Source: Eledone cirrhosa
Lineage: Eukaryota
Assembly (NCBI GenBank): GCA_964016885.1
Contig: OZ024745.1
Location: 17,174,001 to 17,238,000 of the forward strand
Direction of reading: 5' to 3'
Length of the DNA: 64,000 nucleotides
The position numbers were made by a program, and so were the translations under genes. The notes below the pieces were generated by a model. That model searched no databases and had not been told where the DNA came from. It saw only the letters and a list, made by a program, of their open reading frames with translations. This document shows, one piece after another, positions 39,900-54,189 of this stretch (its first letter is position 1; every line of letters begins with the position of its first letter).

Positions 39900-40990
39900 C
39901 AGCCTGTTAGACTTGCTTTTAACTGTCTGTTACCTTGGGTTCGAGCTAAGTAAGTGAGAGACAACGGTGGACCACAGGGATGTGAGCCAAGGGTCAAGCT
40001 GCTAGGTAAGTGTGGTTCTATGGAGTTTTAAATGCTATTCGAGACGAGAAGAGAGTGGGGGAGAGGTAGGTATAGGGGGTGGAGTTGGTGTCTCAGGGAT
40101 TCAGTGTGACCCGGTTGCTATCCATATAGCTTGAGAAAGTTCCCATCCTAAGGTGTCTACATGTACCAAAGAAATCGGTCCTAAGACTGATTAGATTAAT
40201 CCCAACACCTACCGCTATCTTTCTACCCCTCTCTTCTCGTCTCAAATAGCCTTTAAAACAGCACAGGGCCACAATTACCTAGCAGCGAGATCATTGGCTT
40301 ACATCGCTGTGGTCCACCCTTCTCTCTCACTTCCTTAGCTCCAACCCAAGGTAATAGAAACTAGCTAATTGGGAGATATAAGTCGGCAGAGTCCTACCCT
40401 GTGTGCAACCAAGCACCCCACGACCACCGGGCTCACCACCCACTACTGGTCTGTTATCCAGTTCTCCAAAGGATATCCTACCTCCAACCTTATCCCTTTC
40501 GCACGCAAATGTCACTACTAACTGTTACAAGGAAATAAAACACACCTACTGCATCTCTCCCCACCCCACAGAGGGGACATATGCGTCTGTGTCTGTGTCT
40601 ACGGATGCACGTATGTGTGTGTACGTGTATATATGTGAACGCAGTTACGTTTAGCTACGGATGTATCATAGATGTAGTATGTGTGTACACTTATGTTTAT
40701 AGGTGTCCGCACGTATGAGTGTACGTCGATGGATGTTTGCGGCTGTGTACTAAATGTTTAATGTATAGAGATGTGAACATGAATGGACCTATTATTTTTA
40801 TCTAAAGACATTTTCTCCAATTCCATACCGCCCGTCCCCTTAATCTATTTTATTTCTCATTCTTTCTTCTGATGAAGGACTAGCGTCCGAAACGTTAAGA
40901 CCCCCTCCCTGCGATATCAAGCGTTAACCTAATATATACCTTCCATATACTCTACCGATTGTGTTGTTATTTCTGTTTACTTTTTACATA
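39900..40990 (+). mobile_element. PLE 3' remnant with an inverted 5' segment (39925-40070 / 40205-40360) and a pLTR HHR
   Basis: Diverged inverted repeat, HHR at 40865, ends in (TA)n. Confidence 0.6.
40865..40900 (+). ncRNA. Minimal hammerhead ribozyme
   Basis: tctt CTGATGA a ggac tagc gtcc GAAA cg TT aaga. Stems I and II are perfect; palindrome AACGTT. Confidence 0.85.
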
Positions 40991-40994
40991 GATA

Positions 40995-41037
<43 letters not shown>

Positions 41038-41199
41038 AGGTGCATTATTGGTTGTGTAAAATGGTCCAATAAATTTATGTTACCAATATTAAGTTCTCCA
41101 CGCTTTTGTATATCTCCAATTCCATTCAAGGGAACAGCTAGATGATGTAAAACGGAGTATAAGTATCAAAATGAAAATCCGAAGGCAAGGTAAAATTCC

Positions 41200-41291
41200 A
41201 ATCATTTAATCACGACATATGTTTCGATAAGAGATAGATCGATTGTGAAGCCATGATCGATTATCACTGATCTCATCAGGTGAAAATGATT
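41200..41291 (-). ncRNA. Hammerhead ribozyme with intact core and GUC cleavage triplet, inside a (TA)n-anchored insert starting about 41035
   Basis: aatcattt tcac CTGATGA gat...atc GAAA catatg TC gtga tt aaatgatt. Extended stem I; palindrome ACATATGT. Confidence 0.85.
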
Positions 41292-41959
41292 TGTCTTCAA
41301 ATTCTTGATATGAGGGAGAAAAATAACGATGTTTTCTCACAGAATTCATTCCCTCATATGAAGACACACCAGTCAGAGACACGGCAACTGCTGTTAACTT
41401 CAGTTGAGGTCATAAAAGTTGTCATATTTCTATCGCTGCAAATGACGCTGGACATCAATCAAATCTGTAGGGATATAGTTAGTGTGAGTGGGTACACACA
41501 CACTCCACACCCACATACACCGGCTCAAGGTCAAAGGAAAAAATATATACATATATACACACGCATCAACACAGTATCAAACCTGTAGAATTATAAAAGG
41601 CCACTGTTTGTGTGGGTGGGTACACACACACTCTCACACACAACGAAGCGATGTCGGAGAAAAAAACAAATATAAGAATGTATCAACACAGCATTCACTG
41701 AAAGTTAGTTCACAAAACAACAGATGCTACATTGGTCAAATCTCATTTTGACGATATAAATTGGAAATATTGCGTTAACCAACGCCCCCCCCCCCCCCCC
41801 CCCCCCCCACACACACAAGCAAGTAAGTTCAGTTCAGTGTTCTGCTATACGTGTACAGATTGAATTGTAACATCCATATCTTCAAGTATATGTTTTCGTA
41901 TATACACATTCGAAACGTCCCAAAAAGCGTATGTCTGGGTATATCCACACATATATATA

Positions 41960-42473
41960 TATATAGGGAGAGAGCGAGAGAGAGAAGTTGACCGAAACAA
42001 TGGAAGAGTGAGAGATGGTGGTGTTGTTCAATGAAATTGTAACAGGTCACTTCAAAGAATCGAATACAGCATTACTCTATCTAGCTAAAATTTGGCGACT
42101 GAATATTATGTCATATGTATCATATAACTTGTGTTAGGACAGGATGTGTGTGTAGCGAATATTTCCTGCTAAATTGGAATGGTTTCTAAGTTTTGTGTAT
42201 ATGCGTGTGTGTGTGTATATATGTGTGTGTGTGTGTTTGTGACCTGTGTATATAGGTCACAGACACCCATACACACACACACACACAAATATATATATAT
42301 ATATAGGAAAATATTCAAGACCCCGACGGCAGAGCTCAAGCCGTTTCGACGGCTATTTCTGGAATTACGTACATGTTTGTGTATATTTTCATTATTTAAA
42401 AACTATTTTTAAGTGAACAAGATTTTTTTAAATGTTAAAGTGAACGTTACCCAACGGGTCACGGGTGGTCTAG
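41960..42473 (+). mobile_element. Helitron-like repeat copy with a nested family-A fragment (42305-42370)
   Basis: Homologous to 39080-39280; ends acccaacgggtcacgggtggtCTAGt. Confidence 0.6.
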
Positions 42474-43174
42474 TATTACATACGTTCCTCAGGGCTCTAT
42501 ACAAATGATACTTTAACACACTTGTTATCCTTACTGTACCTTCGGATAGATGATACGCAACAGAAAGTGACAATTTGTCCAATAATATTGGCTACATGTA
42601 ATTATAAATATAATCAATAATGTTTCTTAATGAAACTTCAGGGAAAATAATATTATAGAGAATAAATCAAAGTTTGAGTATCAGCTTTTAAAGAAGCTTT
42701 CTATTGCACATAATTTACACCTTATTTTATTCAACGAAACGTCACTTTCACTTAAGCCTTTTGTCAAATTTTATATGAAGACGTCGAAAAAACATTAGCA
42801 ATAAAAGACGTATTATAAATTATACTAAATTTTCCATTAGATAGGAAATAATTACTGGCATATTCTTAGATGAATCATTTAATTTTACATGATAGTATAA
42901 TTGGAATATCTGCATTTATGTGTTTCGTTCACTTGTGCCAATATATAGTTTTAAAACATAAATTTAATTAAGAAATTTGTAACAAATAATATGGGAATAT
43001 TAAAATTTAATAATACCATTTCATTATTTTGTCGTCTTATGAAATATGCAGAAATACAGAGCTTATCAACTATTTATGGCTGGAAATATGAACTGCCACT
43101 GAATTGCATTAGTAGACGATAAATTTGCATTCTGACATTATTGCTTATTATACTTAATTTCGTAAGGCAGAAGA

Positions 43175-43400
43175 TTGAAAGTAATCGGTAGAGCGTCGAA
43201 CAACACGCTTTGCGTTATTGGGTTACGACACTTTACGTTCTGAGTCAGATCCTGCCGAGGTTAGCTTTGCCTTTCATCCTTACGGGGTTGATAAAATAAA
43301 GTACCAGTAATGGACTGGAGTCGATTTAAACGACATCTCGCCCGAAAAAAAAATTTATAATAATTGTCATACTTTTGCCTGAATCGGAAACGATTATATT
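43175..43400 (+). mobile_element. Meta-domain-like SINE (diverged)
   Basis: Core gcctttcatccttacggggttgataaaataaagtaccag. Confidence 0.8.
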
Positions 43401-43743
43401 TCATTCACTACTTTAAACATTTCAACTAATAGAGAACATATTTATTGCTGCCGCCTTGTTAGATATAATAGCAGCTTCTTGTAAATACACACTCTACTAC
43501 AAACAAAAATAATTATTCTTTTACATAATAATACCCTACCAATATGTGTTTTGGTTAAAACTCGATACCTAACGATAGAACAATATTAGCATAATCATGT
43601 ATTCAAATACAACCACGTCAACATTTTCATTAAATCAGTTACTTGGTGATAACAGGCGTAAAAGAGATTTAGATTCCAGCATTCATATAAAAAGAAGACA
43701 ATGTGGGTAAGCGTCACCACACGCAGATATAGACACACACGCA

Positions 43744-43877
<134 letters not shown>

Positions 43878-44539
43878 GTTAACGCTACATTAGTACATTT
43901 AAAACGTGTGTATGAATCTAGTATTTTCTTCTGCAATCAATATTTCTACAGCAACAACATTTATTATAAATTGGTCGTCAATCGTAATATATTTCACCAC
44001 ACATTATATTATACAACTAACCTCCGTCACTATATATTATAAAACATTTTAGATTTAGAAATAATATTTGCTGCTATCATTAGTTATTCTAAATTATTTG
44101 TCATTGAGGTTATTGATGAGAATTTGCCAAAATGATCCGGGCAAGATACGAGAACGAGCAAATAATAAGTCCTATATTACAGCAGCTCGCACAAATTATT
44201 TATGTACAAAAACAACTAAATCAATACTGTTATATTCCAGCTATCATTTTATTTTAAATGCCAGAATATAGGGGTGAAAAACTCAATAAACGTTATATAA
44301 GTTTTATCCATCAATTAATTAGTTTCATGATCGGTTCAAAATTTAGATAAAGGGGAGTGACATAACTTAAAGAGTCATATCGATCCTATTTCTATATATA
44401 TTCTATCATAAACGAGACACATATCTGTTTATATAGACGATAGATATTTTAACGGATTCCACCATCAGTTTTTTTTTATAGAAGCCCGTCATTTGCTGTT
44501 TGAATACTTCACTAATCTGGTCTTTGAAATCTGTTGACA

Positions 44540-45200
44540 GCTGGAAGGACGCATTCAGTTTACAGTAACCAGGACCCTGCCTCAGAGTCTGTTTTATGTT
44601 GACTGTTTAGTTCTGTATATTTCAGTACCTACACTAATCCTAATGAAAATACTATTTAAATATGACCCGGGTGACTACTACGATTTAGCCAAGTACATAT
44701 TGGATCATTCGGATAATTGAGACGAAACCTATCTGAGAGTTGCAAGACCCACCGATCTGTCGGCTACTACTGGATAATCTCTATGTGCATCTAAAATGCT
44801 ATGCCAATCACCCACTAATATTACTGAACGAGATGTTCTCGGTATCATCTCTGGACGTCTAATGAAGTCCGGAATTTCAGCTTCTGTCCGGGCATAATCT
44901 GCCACTAATCTCAAAGAAGCTCATTTACTTCACTTTTCCAGGTAATCCGATTTTAACTCTGAATGAAGGCCTTTCCGAAAGTGCACATCTACACGACCCG
45001 AACAGACTTCGGCGAGATACATAGGCTTTGTAGACTTTCAGGAACAGAACTGGTGAGTGCATCTTGGAAATCCTTGTCTCGCTGATAACTACCACTTCTA
45101 ACCGAAATGTCCTAGGATCATTGTTTAGCTCGACATGGGACCACGAATATTTATGCAAATTCTTCTGATTTGGCAATTTAAAAAGGAAGAGAACAAACGA
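44540..45200 (-). mobile_element. Old Tx1-like APE endonuclease fragment related to the element at 1-625
   Basis: RLVADYA..PDFIRR..TSRSVILVGDWHSILDAHRD aligns with RLVSVYA..PDFFRR..TSRSLVLVGDWNGILDARWD; also VVISETR. Confidence 0.75.
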
Positions 45201-46759
45201 AAGAAAATAGTAGTGAGTCACTTAACCTCATTTCGTTTCCAAGGGTTCTTGCGGCTCTTTCCAAAGTCTTTTCTCTGCCAAATTTTGGAAAAGTTAAAAT
45301 AACCACTTCGAATTTCGAGGAAAATGATAGACAGCTGTCTGTCATGCGTCCTATACAAGGTAGTAGCAGCAAAGCAAACCAGCAGGCTGAAAGCTATAAA
45401 CCCCTTTTCTATTCTTACAGAAAGTAGCTAAGACAAAATCAACAAACTATCATAGTAAAACAAGAGTGTCCCTGGAGTTCTAAGAGTCAATTGCTCCCGA
45501 AACTCTAGATTTGCTGGGTATTCTAAAAAGTTGAATAACAGCAGTTATGAGAAGTCTGCAAAATATTGATTAATCTTTATCATCGTAATATTATTACCCA
45601 CATTATTAAACTTTAAATATAGTTTAAAAATTGTCCAACGTTCAAATTGTTTTAGAAAATCATCTACGATTAAAAATTAAATGGTTGTAAAATAGACTCT
45701 AGTTCTTAATACAATTATATTGGCATATGTGTTAACAATTTGAGCTGGAGAAAAATACAGCTTCTATATTAATAGCAAGTCGAATGGTTTCAATTGGATT
45801 TAACGTCGGATGGGGTGACACAGTAAAACTATAATATCATTTAAGTTCGTGTTAACATATTTATTGCTGGGACTTTAACATTTTCTGGAAATGAATTACT
45901 AAAATAATAATGTTTTATTATTTATTTTAGCCAATGATTCCACTGAGCAAATTATCTTATACCTTTCCAAAATGCGTATAGTGTGCAATTTATTATATTC
46001 TTTTGAAAAGAGGGTGTTAAATTTCGATGGAAAACTATAAAACAAGTGATAATATTTTGTGTTGTAGAAAGCTTTTAATATTGTTCAAATTTCATTATTG
46101 TTTAAATAATTTACTGATCAACCAAACTCCAATACGCTGAGCTATAACGAATCGGATATTATCAGTAACATTTCTTTATGATTTCATATGCTGTGTCATC
46201 TCTCATTACACCCATATATCCAGCAGAGTGGTGTTAACGAAGGAGTGATGAGCAATTCACACGACTCCGCCACAAATACTCAAGAGGTACACTCACTTAT
46301 GATCAGAACCGTAAAAGGTTGTTCTCTCATTAATACATCACAATGTGTTAGTAGATCTAATAATTTGTATAATAATATCTGGCTTTACGGTAATTAAATT
46401 TCATCCTCCCGATCGATAAATAACGGGGAACATAGAATCATGATGAAGGAAATATTGTAGAAATACATTCTATCATGTTTAATAGCTATCTTTTTAGCAT
46501 TACTGATATTATTATAAAATATCATGTCAAGTAAATGGGATTTGGATTAACGAAATCGTTGGAGCGTCTGGCAAACTTCCCTAAGGTAATTGTTCCAGAC
46601 CTTTACGCTGTGAGTTCTAATACAACCGAGGTCAAATCACTCTTTCATCATTTCTTGGTCGAAAGAATAATGCGATGTGGTCAATTTAATCGACTACCCA
46701 TGCTTTGCAAATATTTGGCCTTGTTGCTAGTCTGGAATTCATTATAATATATTATTAAT

Positions 46760-46935
46760 CGGTGGATTGGCAGTATCGGTAGAGGGTCAGACGCCATGAT
46801 TTCAAGCATAGAGCTACCTCCGTTTATGATCTGAGTTCAAATCCCGCCGAGGTTAACTTTGCCTTCCATCCTTACGGGGTCGATAAAATAAAGTACCAGT
46901 ATTTGCTGGCCTTGTGCCAAAAGTAGAAACAATTA
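46760..46935 (+). mobile_element. Meta-domain-like SINE (a more decayed copy precedes it at about 46545-46745)
   Basis: Matches the family consensus. Confidence 0.85.
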
Positions 46936-48254
46936 TAATATAATATTAGTAATCTTCAACATTTCGGCTCCATATTCGTAATGAAATATATTGCCCATAA
47001 TTTTGAAAATATACATTTAGAGAGATATAGAAATATCACAAACATTCTCGTTATAAAGATGGTGTTTGGTACAAACGTCAAAAACTTTTCTTTCATAGAG
47101 TTATGATGAAAAGTTCTTAGATAAATATAAAGACATATAAGCAGCGTTGTGTCGTAGAATATGATGCGGTTTTACCAAATTTGGCTATCACGTTTTTTTA
47201 AAAATATACACGTAACTTTATTTACTGGAAAATTTAAACAATGTATACTACTTTGTATTTCACCTTTCCAATCAAATTTATCAACTCTGTTGATTAAGAA
47301 CTATGCTTTACATTACATGTCATTTGAAATTAACCAATGCATGCTGTGACCTGCACTATGGGTTGTAGACTTTTACTTTTCACGGTGAGGCTAAAACCTA
47401 TATCTTCCTGAAAGGACATTCCCTACAATACATTTTAAATTAGAAACAATTAATGATAAACCTCACTATGTTGTGTACTATGGATTGGAATTGCATTTTA
47501 TAATATATTCCCGATTACCTAGATGATGGAAATAGATTACCTTTACATATATAAGCGTACACTTGAGACATTCACGAAGACAATCTCCCATAATGATGTA
47601 GCTGTCGTTGTTATTTGTCTCTTATGAGACATATTAGATGAGACCTATGACAAGAAGCTATCTAGCTGTGAATATATAAGCTACAATGTATGGTCTAAAA
47701 CAATATTATCCAATACGACCTCTCGTTTATCACATTGGTAGCGGTGATGTGAGCGGAATTTAGTTGCTATTTTTAGGTCACGCTGCCCGCTTATTTGCGT
47801 ACACACTGAATTGCAATGATTCTACAAAGTCCTGCGTTTCTATAATTCACCAATGGTGTACATATATTTTTTTACAGATATTTGGAAAGTAAAATATTAT
47901 TTAGCCTAGAAAAGAAAGTTTTTTCAAGTGTACATACGTCAATTATATTTCAGGGTAGCAATAATATGGAAATTGAGTAGACACATATTTCCAGGTTTGA
48001 TGACATAATCTGCAATAATGTAGTGTCATTTCTAAAAAGCCCTAGAGGTGGCAGGTGTAATGGAAATGCCATAGAATCAGTTATCCCTCAGTTAAATGGA
48101 ATAATGACAGGAATAAATTATATATTACAATTGCAATATATTACCAAAATAGATTTACTGATATTCATATTTGAGGAGACTGCAACTTACATTTGGTTTT
48201 CATTTTATAATATATTTAATAAGAATAAGTCTAATAATAGTATCAATGTTTTCA

Positions 48255-48460
48255 GATTTAGGCACAAGCCTAACAATTTTAGAGGGGGGGGGGGATTAAA
48301 TCGACCCCAGTGCATTACTGGTGCTTTATTTTATCGATACCGTAAGTATAAAAGGCAAATATAACCTCGGCGGGATTTGAAATCAGGCCGTAAAGGAGCC
48401 GTAACTCTATGCTGCAAAGCATGTTGTCCGATGCTCTACGCTATTGCCACCCTCACCGCC
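48255..48460 (-). mobile_element. Meta-domain-like SINE
   Basis: Reverse complement of the family consensus. Confidence 0.8.
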
Positions 48461-48855
48461 ACCCTCACCGCCCTACTAATGAGAGTAATAACAACGTCAT
48501 TTTTCATCCGGCAAGATTATGTTTTTCTTTATATCTAAAAATATGAGATGAATAATCTATAATATATATGTCTTGTCAATTTATAAAAGATACCATATGG
48601 CTACACTAACTTATCACCCAGTGGCATAATCAGACGAATCGATGTTCTGAAATTGGATATCGAAAATCATTCAATGACAAAATTTAAAATGCAAGTTATT
48701 ATGGATATATTATAAGAGCAAGATAAGGATCACTGTTGAAACTATTATTGACATGTGGGCACTTGCGTTATATTAAACCCCAAGTAACTGTAAGAAAATG
48801 TCTAAATCACTTAATATATCAATTATATAATTTGCGATAAGCATAATTGAAACAG

Positions 48856-49232
<377 letters not shown>

Positions 49233-49260
49233 ATATATATATAATATATAGTAATAATAA

Positions 49261-49700
49261 TAAATTTGAAGACTAAAATCCAAAGAGGGCACGATAAGGA
49301 TAAATATATATCAAATATATAAGAACCCTTGAGTAAATATTTATTAAAATATAAAGATTAAATTTTAAGCAATTAATCGCTGCTTTCACCCTTAACGGGA
49401 CCCTCCGAAACTCAAAAAATCAATCTGTGAACGCAGAAGTAAATATTTCGAAAAACGTTATAACCGAAGGAAAACAGGAAGACGATACTTTGGTTCGTGA
49501 AGATGTTCCCTGGCAATGAACGGAAAAAAGCGAAGATAAAACGTCGTTATGTGGAGCGTGGAGAACAAATACACGCAAAGACAAAACCACGTTTATGGTA
49601 TAAACGAAGTCGTACACTAATATTCTATTTAGGAAAGCGAATGATTCTCGGCTTCAGAGTTAAGGATAATGTAAATAAATTAGTAGGACGACAATGACAG
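49261..49700 (-). mobile_element. Family-D element, longer copy
   Basis: 49261-49402 matches 24688-24819; right boundary uncertain. Confidence 0.65.
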
Positions 49701-51061
49701 AGGTTATTAAAATCAAATAATTAAATATATACATACACGGCATAGACAAAACACACGCCATGCATGCATATACATGCACGTACACATACACCCGCACACA
49801 TACATAAATCCGCGCGACACCTGTACCCGCACACATACGAACGTATACACCAAATGCACATAAAAAACTTCATATATATGTGAGTGTATACATATAATTA
49901 TATAAACGGAGGTATGTGTGCGCGTGTGTTATATGCGTAATTATGTGTGTATATTTATATACGTTTATATAAGTATATATATACACACACACATTATATA
50001 TATATATCACCGTAATACTATATCAGATAAAATAAAATTGAAAATCGCCGGTGAATGTAAGAAAGTTGCTTACTTGGGATAAGGGAAATCAATAACATAA
50101 ATGCGTTTTTAAAACACATTAGATTATTAAAGCTTTAACAATGCTGGCTCCATTATCGTAGCTTCCAGCTGCATTTCCTGACAGAAGGAACGACTTGGAA
50201 AAAAAAACATATATATATACAACGTGTCTTCAATATATTAACTTAAATTTGAGGCAGTTAGAGAACTATTTTCAATATTTACGCAGGAAATCAGAAGTTA
50301 TAGTTATGCAAACTAAAATATATGAAAATATATTCATTACCTGCCATTTTAATCGATTCTCAAGCACCGTTACATTTTAACCATCGACTGATTGGAAACG
50401 TTTATTTTGCAATACATGTGACTTCCAACTAGTAAGCCATAAAACAAAAATATAAAAATCACCTATGAATTTACATTTTGTGTTAGGTTTGGGAAATATA
50501 AACTAATTTAAACATAAATATATGTTTGGTTCTACATGGTATATAGCGTAGGGTAATAGATAAATATTTTGTAACATATAGTTGGCAATCTCTTAAGATA
50601 ATAGATGTTATTAATCTATAAAATTATATTTATACCCTCAAGTAAACGGAAGAGTCTTAAGTGACGTACAAATGTCAAATGTTACATATATGTCAATATT
50701 TATTATAAAATATTAACGATGAATAAAATGCATGAATTTAGTTTTACTAATTTGAAAGAGTGTATGAGTGTCAGAAGACATTTAAGAAATTATCTTCTAA
50801 TTTATATTTCTATATTTTATAACTGAATTGTGATGCACCAAACAAATTTCACGGTCACTTTATTTCTACACATAGATATGAAATATAGTTAGAGAAGATA
50901 TTTATATCTGTAGAAAACATAGGTCGATGTAATTCATTTATAGATAAACTCAAGGTTAAGTTTATTTAATAGCTGGAGATAATATTTGTTGATATGAAAT
51001 AAAAAGCCACAATGAAATAAGAAAATAAGAACAAACATAAAGAAATATTGTTATTGTTTTA

Positions 51062-51180
51062 GTTGTTGTTTTTGTTGTTGTTTTTGTTGTTGTTATTGTT
51101 ATTATTGTTGTTGTTCTTCTTCTTCTCTTCTTCATGTTCTTCTTCTTCTTCTTCTTCTTCTTCTTCTTCTTCTTCTTCTT

Positions 51181-51211
<31 letters not shown>

Positions 51212-51226
51212 TACTACTACTACTAT

Positions 51227-51311
<85 letters not shown>

Positions 51312-51330
51312 ACTACTACTACTACTACTT
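51062..51330 (+). repeat. Compound trinucleotide microsatellite (TTG)(TTA)(TTC)(TAC)(TGC)(TAC)
   Basis: Directly visible. Confidence 0.95.
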
Positions 51331-51670
51331 ATTTTTCTTTTCCAACAACTTATTTCTCAGAGTTCTTAAGAGTCAGCGGCCCCAAACACTACTTACAGCA
51401 GGTGCTGTCAGAAGCAAACGTTTCCAACTGATCCGACTGGACCCCCCCCCCCCCAAGACAAACGTGAAAGCCAAGCTTATGAATAGTATCCAAATATTTT
51501 GCTCGGAGCCTCACGCCGAATCTCCTGACGGTTGGTTTTGCCCTTAAACCCTATCCAGTGATTCTTTCCTAGGGCACACTAACAACATGCGCAAAGTATC
51601 GGGATGTCATCTCTTAATTCGGAGAAGTGGTATATCTACCTGAAGTGACATTCTGATCACTGAGCTGTGT

Positions 51671-51780
<110 letters not shown>

Positions 51781-52434
51781 GTGTGCGTGTGTGCGTTTGT
51801 GTGTTCCTATGGGAGTATTAATTCATATGGGTGTGTTTGTCAAGTTTTTGTATATGTATATAACAGTGTGTTTATACAAATATACATGTATATAACTATA
51901 CATGCGCAGAAAATGAAGAGTGTGACTAGGATTTGTAATGCAAATTTGAATATTTATAAGATGCTATATACAAAAATGAAATAATGCAAACAGGCCTCCG
52001 GGTAGCAGATGTAAACATTATACAGTATTTCTTATTTGATTTGACTAGTTAAGGGGAAATAAACATATCCAATATATGTAGAAATACATTCTAGACCTTT
52101 TTAATATAACTTGATATCTATACGTTCAAAATATATTGAGAAACCCGTAACCATAATGTACAGTATCATTTCTTATATGGGAAATTTGAAACGTATTCAC
52201 TATTGATTTTGCTGGTAATCTATATTTTGAAACGATATGAACAATTTTAATTACTCAAGTTTTGAAATGATTTGATCGAATTAAATCTAAAATGAAAGTC
52301 CATGGAAAAGTGTATGCATGTTACCGAAAGCTTCCATCAATGGTGAAAGTATTGAGGTTTTTATTTCAGATTTGTGTACATATGTTGTTTATATATAAGA
52401 TTGAGTGTTTAACATTTGCCATGACATCACTACT

Positions 52435-52836
52435 AATAATTGTTTCTACTATTGGCACAAGGCCAGCAATTATTCCAGTACATTACTGGTACTTTATTTT
52501 ATCGACCCCGTCAGGATGAAAATCAAAGTTAACCTCAGACCATAAAGTGCCGTAACTCTATGCGTCAAAACATGGCGTCCGACCCTCTACCGATACTGCC
52601 AATCCAATCACTACTAATAATGGTTTCTGATTCAGGCACATGGCCAACAATTTTGTGGGGAGGAGAAAGTCGATTAAATCAACACAAGTACATTATTGGT
52701 GTTTGTTTTTTCGACCACGTAAGAATGAAAGGCAAAGCTAATCATGGCGGGATTTTAACTGAGTGGATAAAAGGCCGTAACGCTATGCAGCAAAGCATGT
52801 CGTCCGATGCTCCACCGATAGTGCTAATCCACTGCC
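52435..52836 (-). mobile_element. Two tandem Meta-domain-like SINEs
   Basis: 52435-52606 and 52616-52836. Confidence 0.85.
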
Positions 52837-53060
52837 CAACAATTACTACTAATAATAAATATATTTAATAATTAAAAAAACATTTATATATATGCAACAA
52901 TGGTTGCATTTTAATAGGGTACGTCAAAGCTTATTTGTAAAACTGTTATATATTGTATTTTGTCTGATGAAGGCATAACATAATTTAATTTGGTATCCCT
53001 GAAATATGTATAATGAAATAAATATGGTTTTATAAATATAGTTTCCATTTATTAATATCG

Positions 53061-53094
<34 letters not shown>

Positions 53095-53096
<2 letters not shown>

Positions 53097-53625
53097 AATA
53101 TAAGTATATATACGTACATACATATATGTATACAGACGTACAGTAGTATGTATATATATATACATACATGCACACATATATATATATATGTACGTATGGA
53201 TTCACCAAACATTTATTATAATGTTCGGTGTGTTAGAAAACAAACATCCCATATTAAGCCGTTATGTCTAGCAACCATCTTTGCTCGTTTGCTCAACACT
53301 GACAAAGGAACGCTATACTAGTTTCTAGCTTGTTAGCTATCGTCAGCAACGTATACCTTCCTGCCAGCTTGTTGAACGTCCGAAAGTATATACTTTCCTG
53401 ATGCATATTAACGGCTGAGTAGCCCAATTTGCATATCGAGTGGGTTAATCGGCCGGGTGCACCGAAAACGATAAACGGAAAAAATGAAACCAAATTTCAC
53501 ATCCCTCTCTTAGTACGGCTGTTACTTAAATATAAGTATGTATACGTACATACATATATGTATACAGACGTGTACATATATGTATTTTTACTCCAAATAT
53601 TTGTTGAGTGCTTTATATCGGTTAT
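53095..53625 (-). mobile_element. ORF-less HHR-bearing repeat (retrozyme-like), copy 2 with terminal redundancy
   Basis: taagtat..tacgtacatacatatatgtatacagacgt occurs at 53101 and again at 53533, giving a ~432-bp period. Confidence 0.75.
53311..53351 (-). ncRNA. Minimal hammerhead ribozyme, intact core
   Basis: cgttg CTGACGA tagct aaca agcta GAAA ctag TA tagcg. Palindrome ACTAGT, GUA triplet. Confidence 0.82.
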
Positions 53626-53669
53626 AAAAAAATTTGCTTGTTGTATCCCAACAATTTAAATACTACTTT

Positions 53670-53734
<65 letters not shown>

Positions 53735-53735
<1 letters not shown>

Positions 53736-54162
53736 GGGCGAGTAAAATTCCCGAGATCCATGGACGAGTTCTCTCCAGCGGGCTCTGTCTCTCATTATCG
53801 CTGCCATGTCCTGCGTCTCTAACAGACCAGTGTTTGTCCTTGGGGCATCAACATACGTTAACCTTGGTTTTCCTCTTCCAGTGTGTCCGGGTAGGGGCTC
53901 CCACAGGACCACTGAGTGCAATGTCAACTCTGGATGTCGGTGAGCATGTCCAGCTAACCTCAGTCTCCTCTGTGTCACTTTTGGGCTGACATTTGGGAGG
54001 CTCCCATACAGCTCTGAGATTTTCATCTTCAGTGTATACTGATAAATGTTCAGAATCATCCTCAGCATTCTTGTGTAGCACCCATCCACCATCTGAGTGA
54101 GTTTCTTGGTCAGTGTCCAAGTCTCAGACCCGTACAGCATCACAGATTCCACTGCAGCAATG
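53735..54162 (-). mobile_element. RTE-type LINE 3' fragment in (TA)n
   Basis: AAVESVMLYGSETWTLT..RMLR..RRLRLAGH.HRHPE..VVLWEP..RGKPRLTYVD. Confidence 0.88.
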
Positions 54163-54189
54163 TATATATATATATATAGATGCAATGTT

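Noticed and set aside
51063-51547. Poly-L/S/T/A and poly-F/Y/C ORFs
   Set aside because: Products of the compound triplet repeat.
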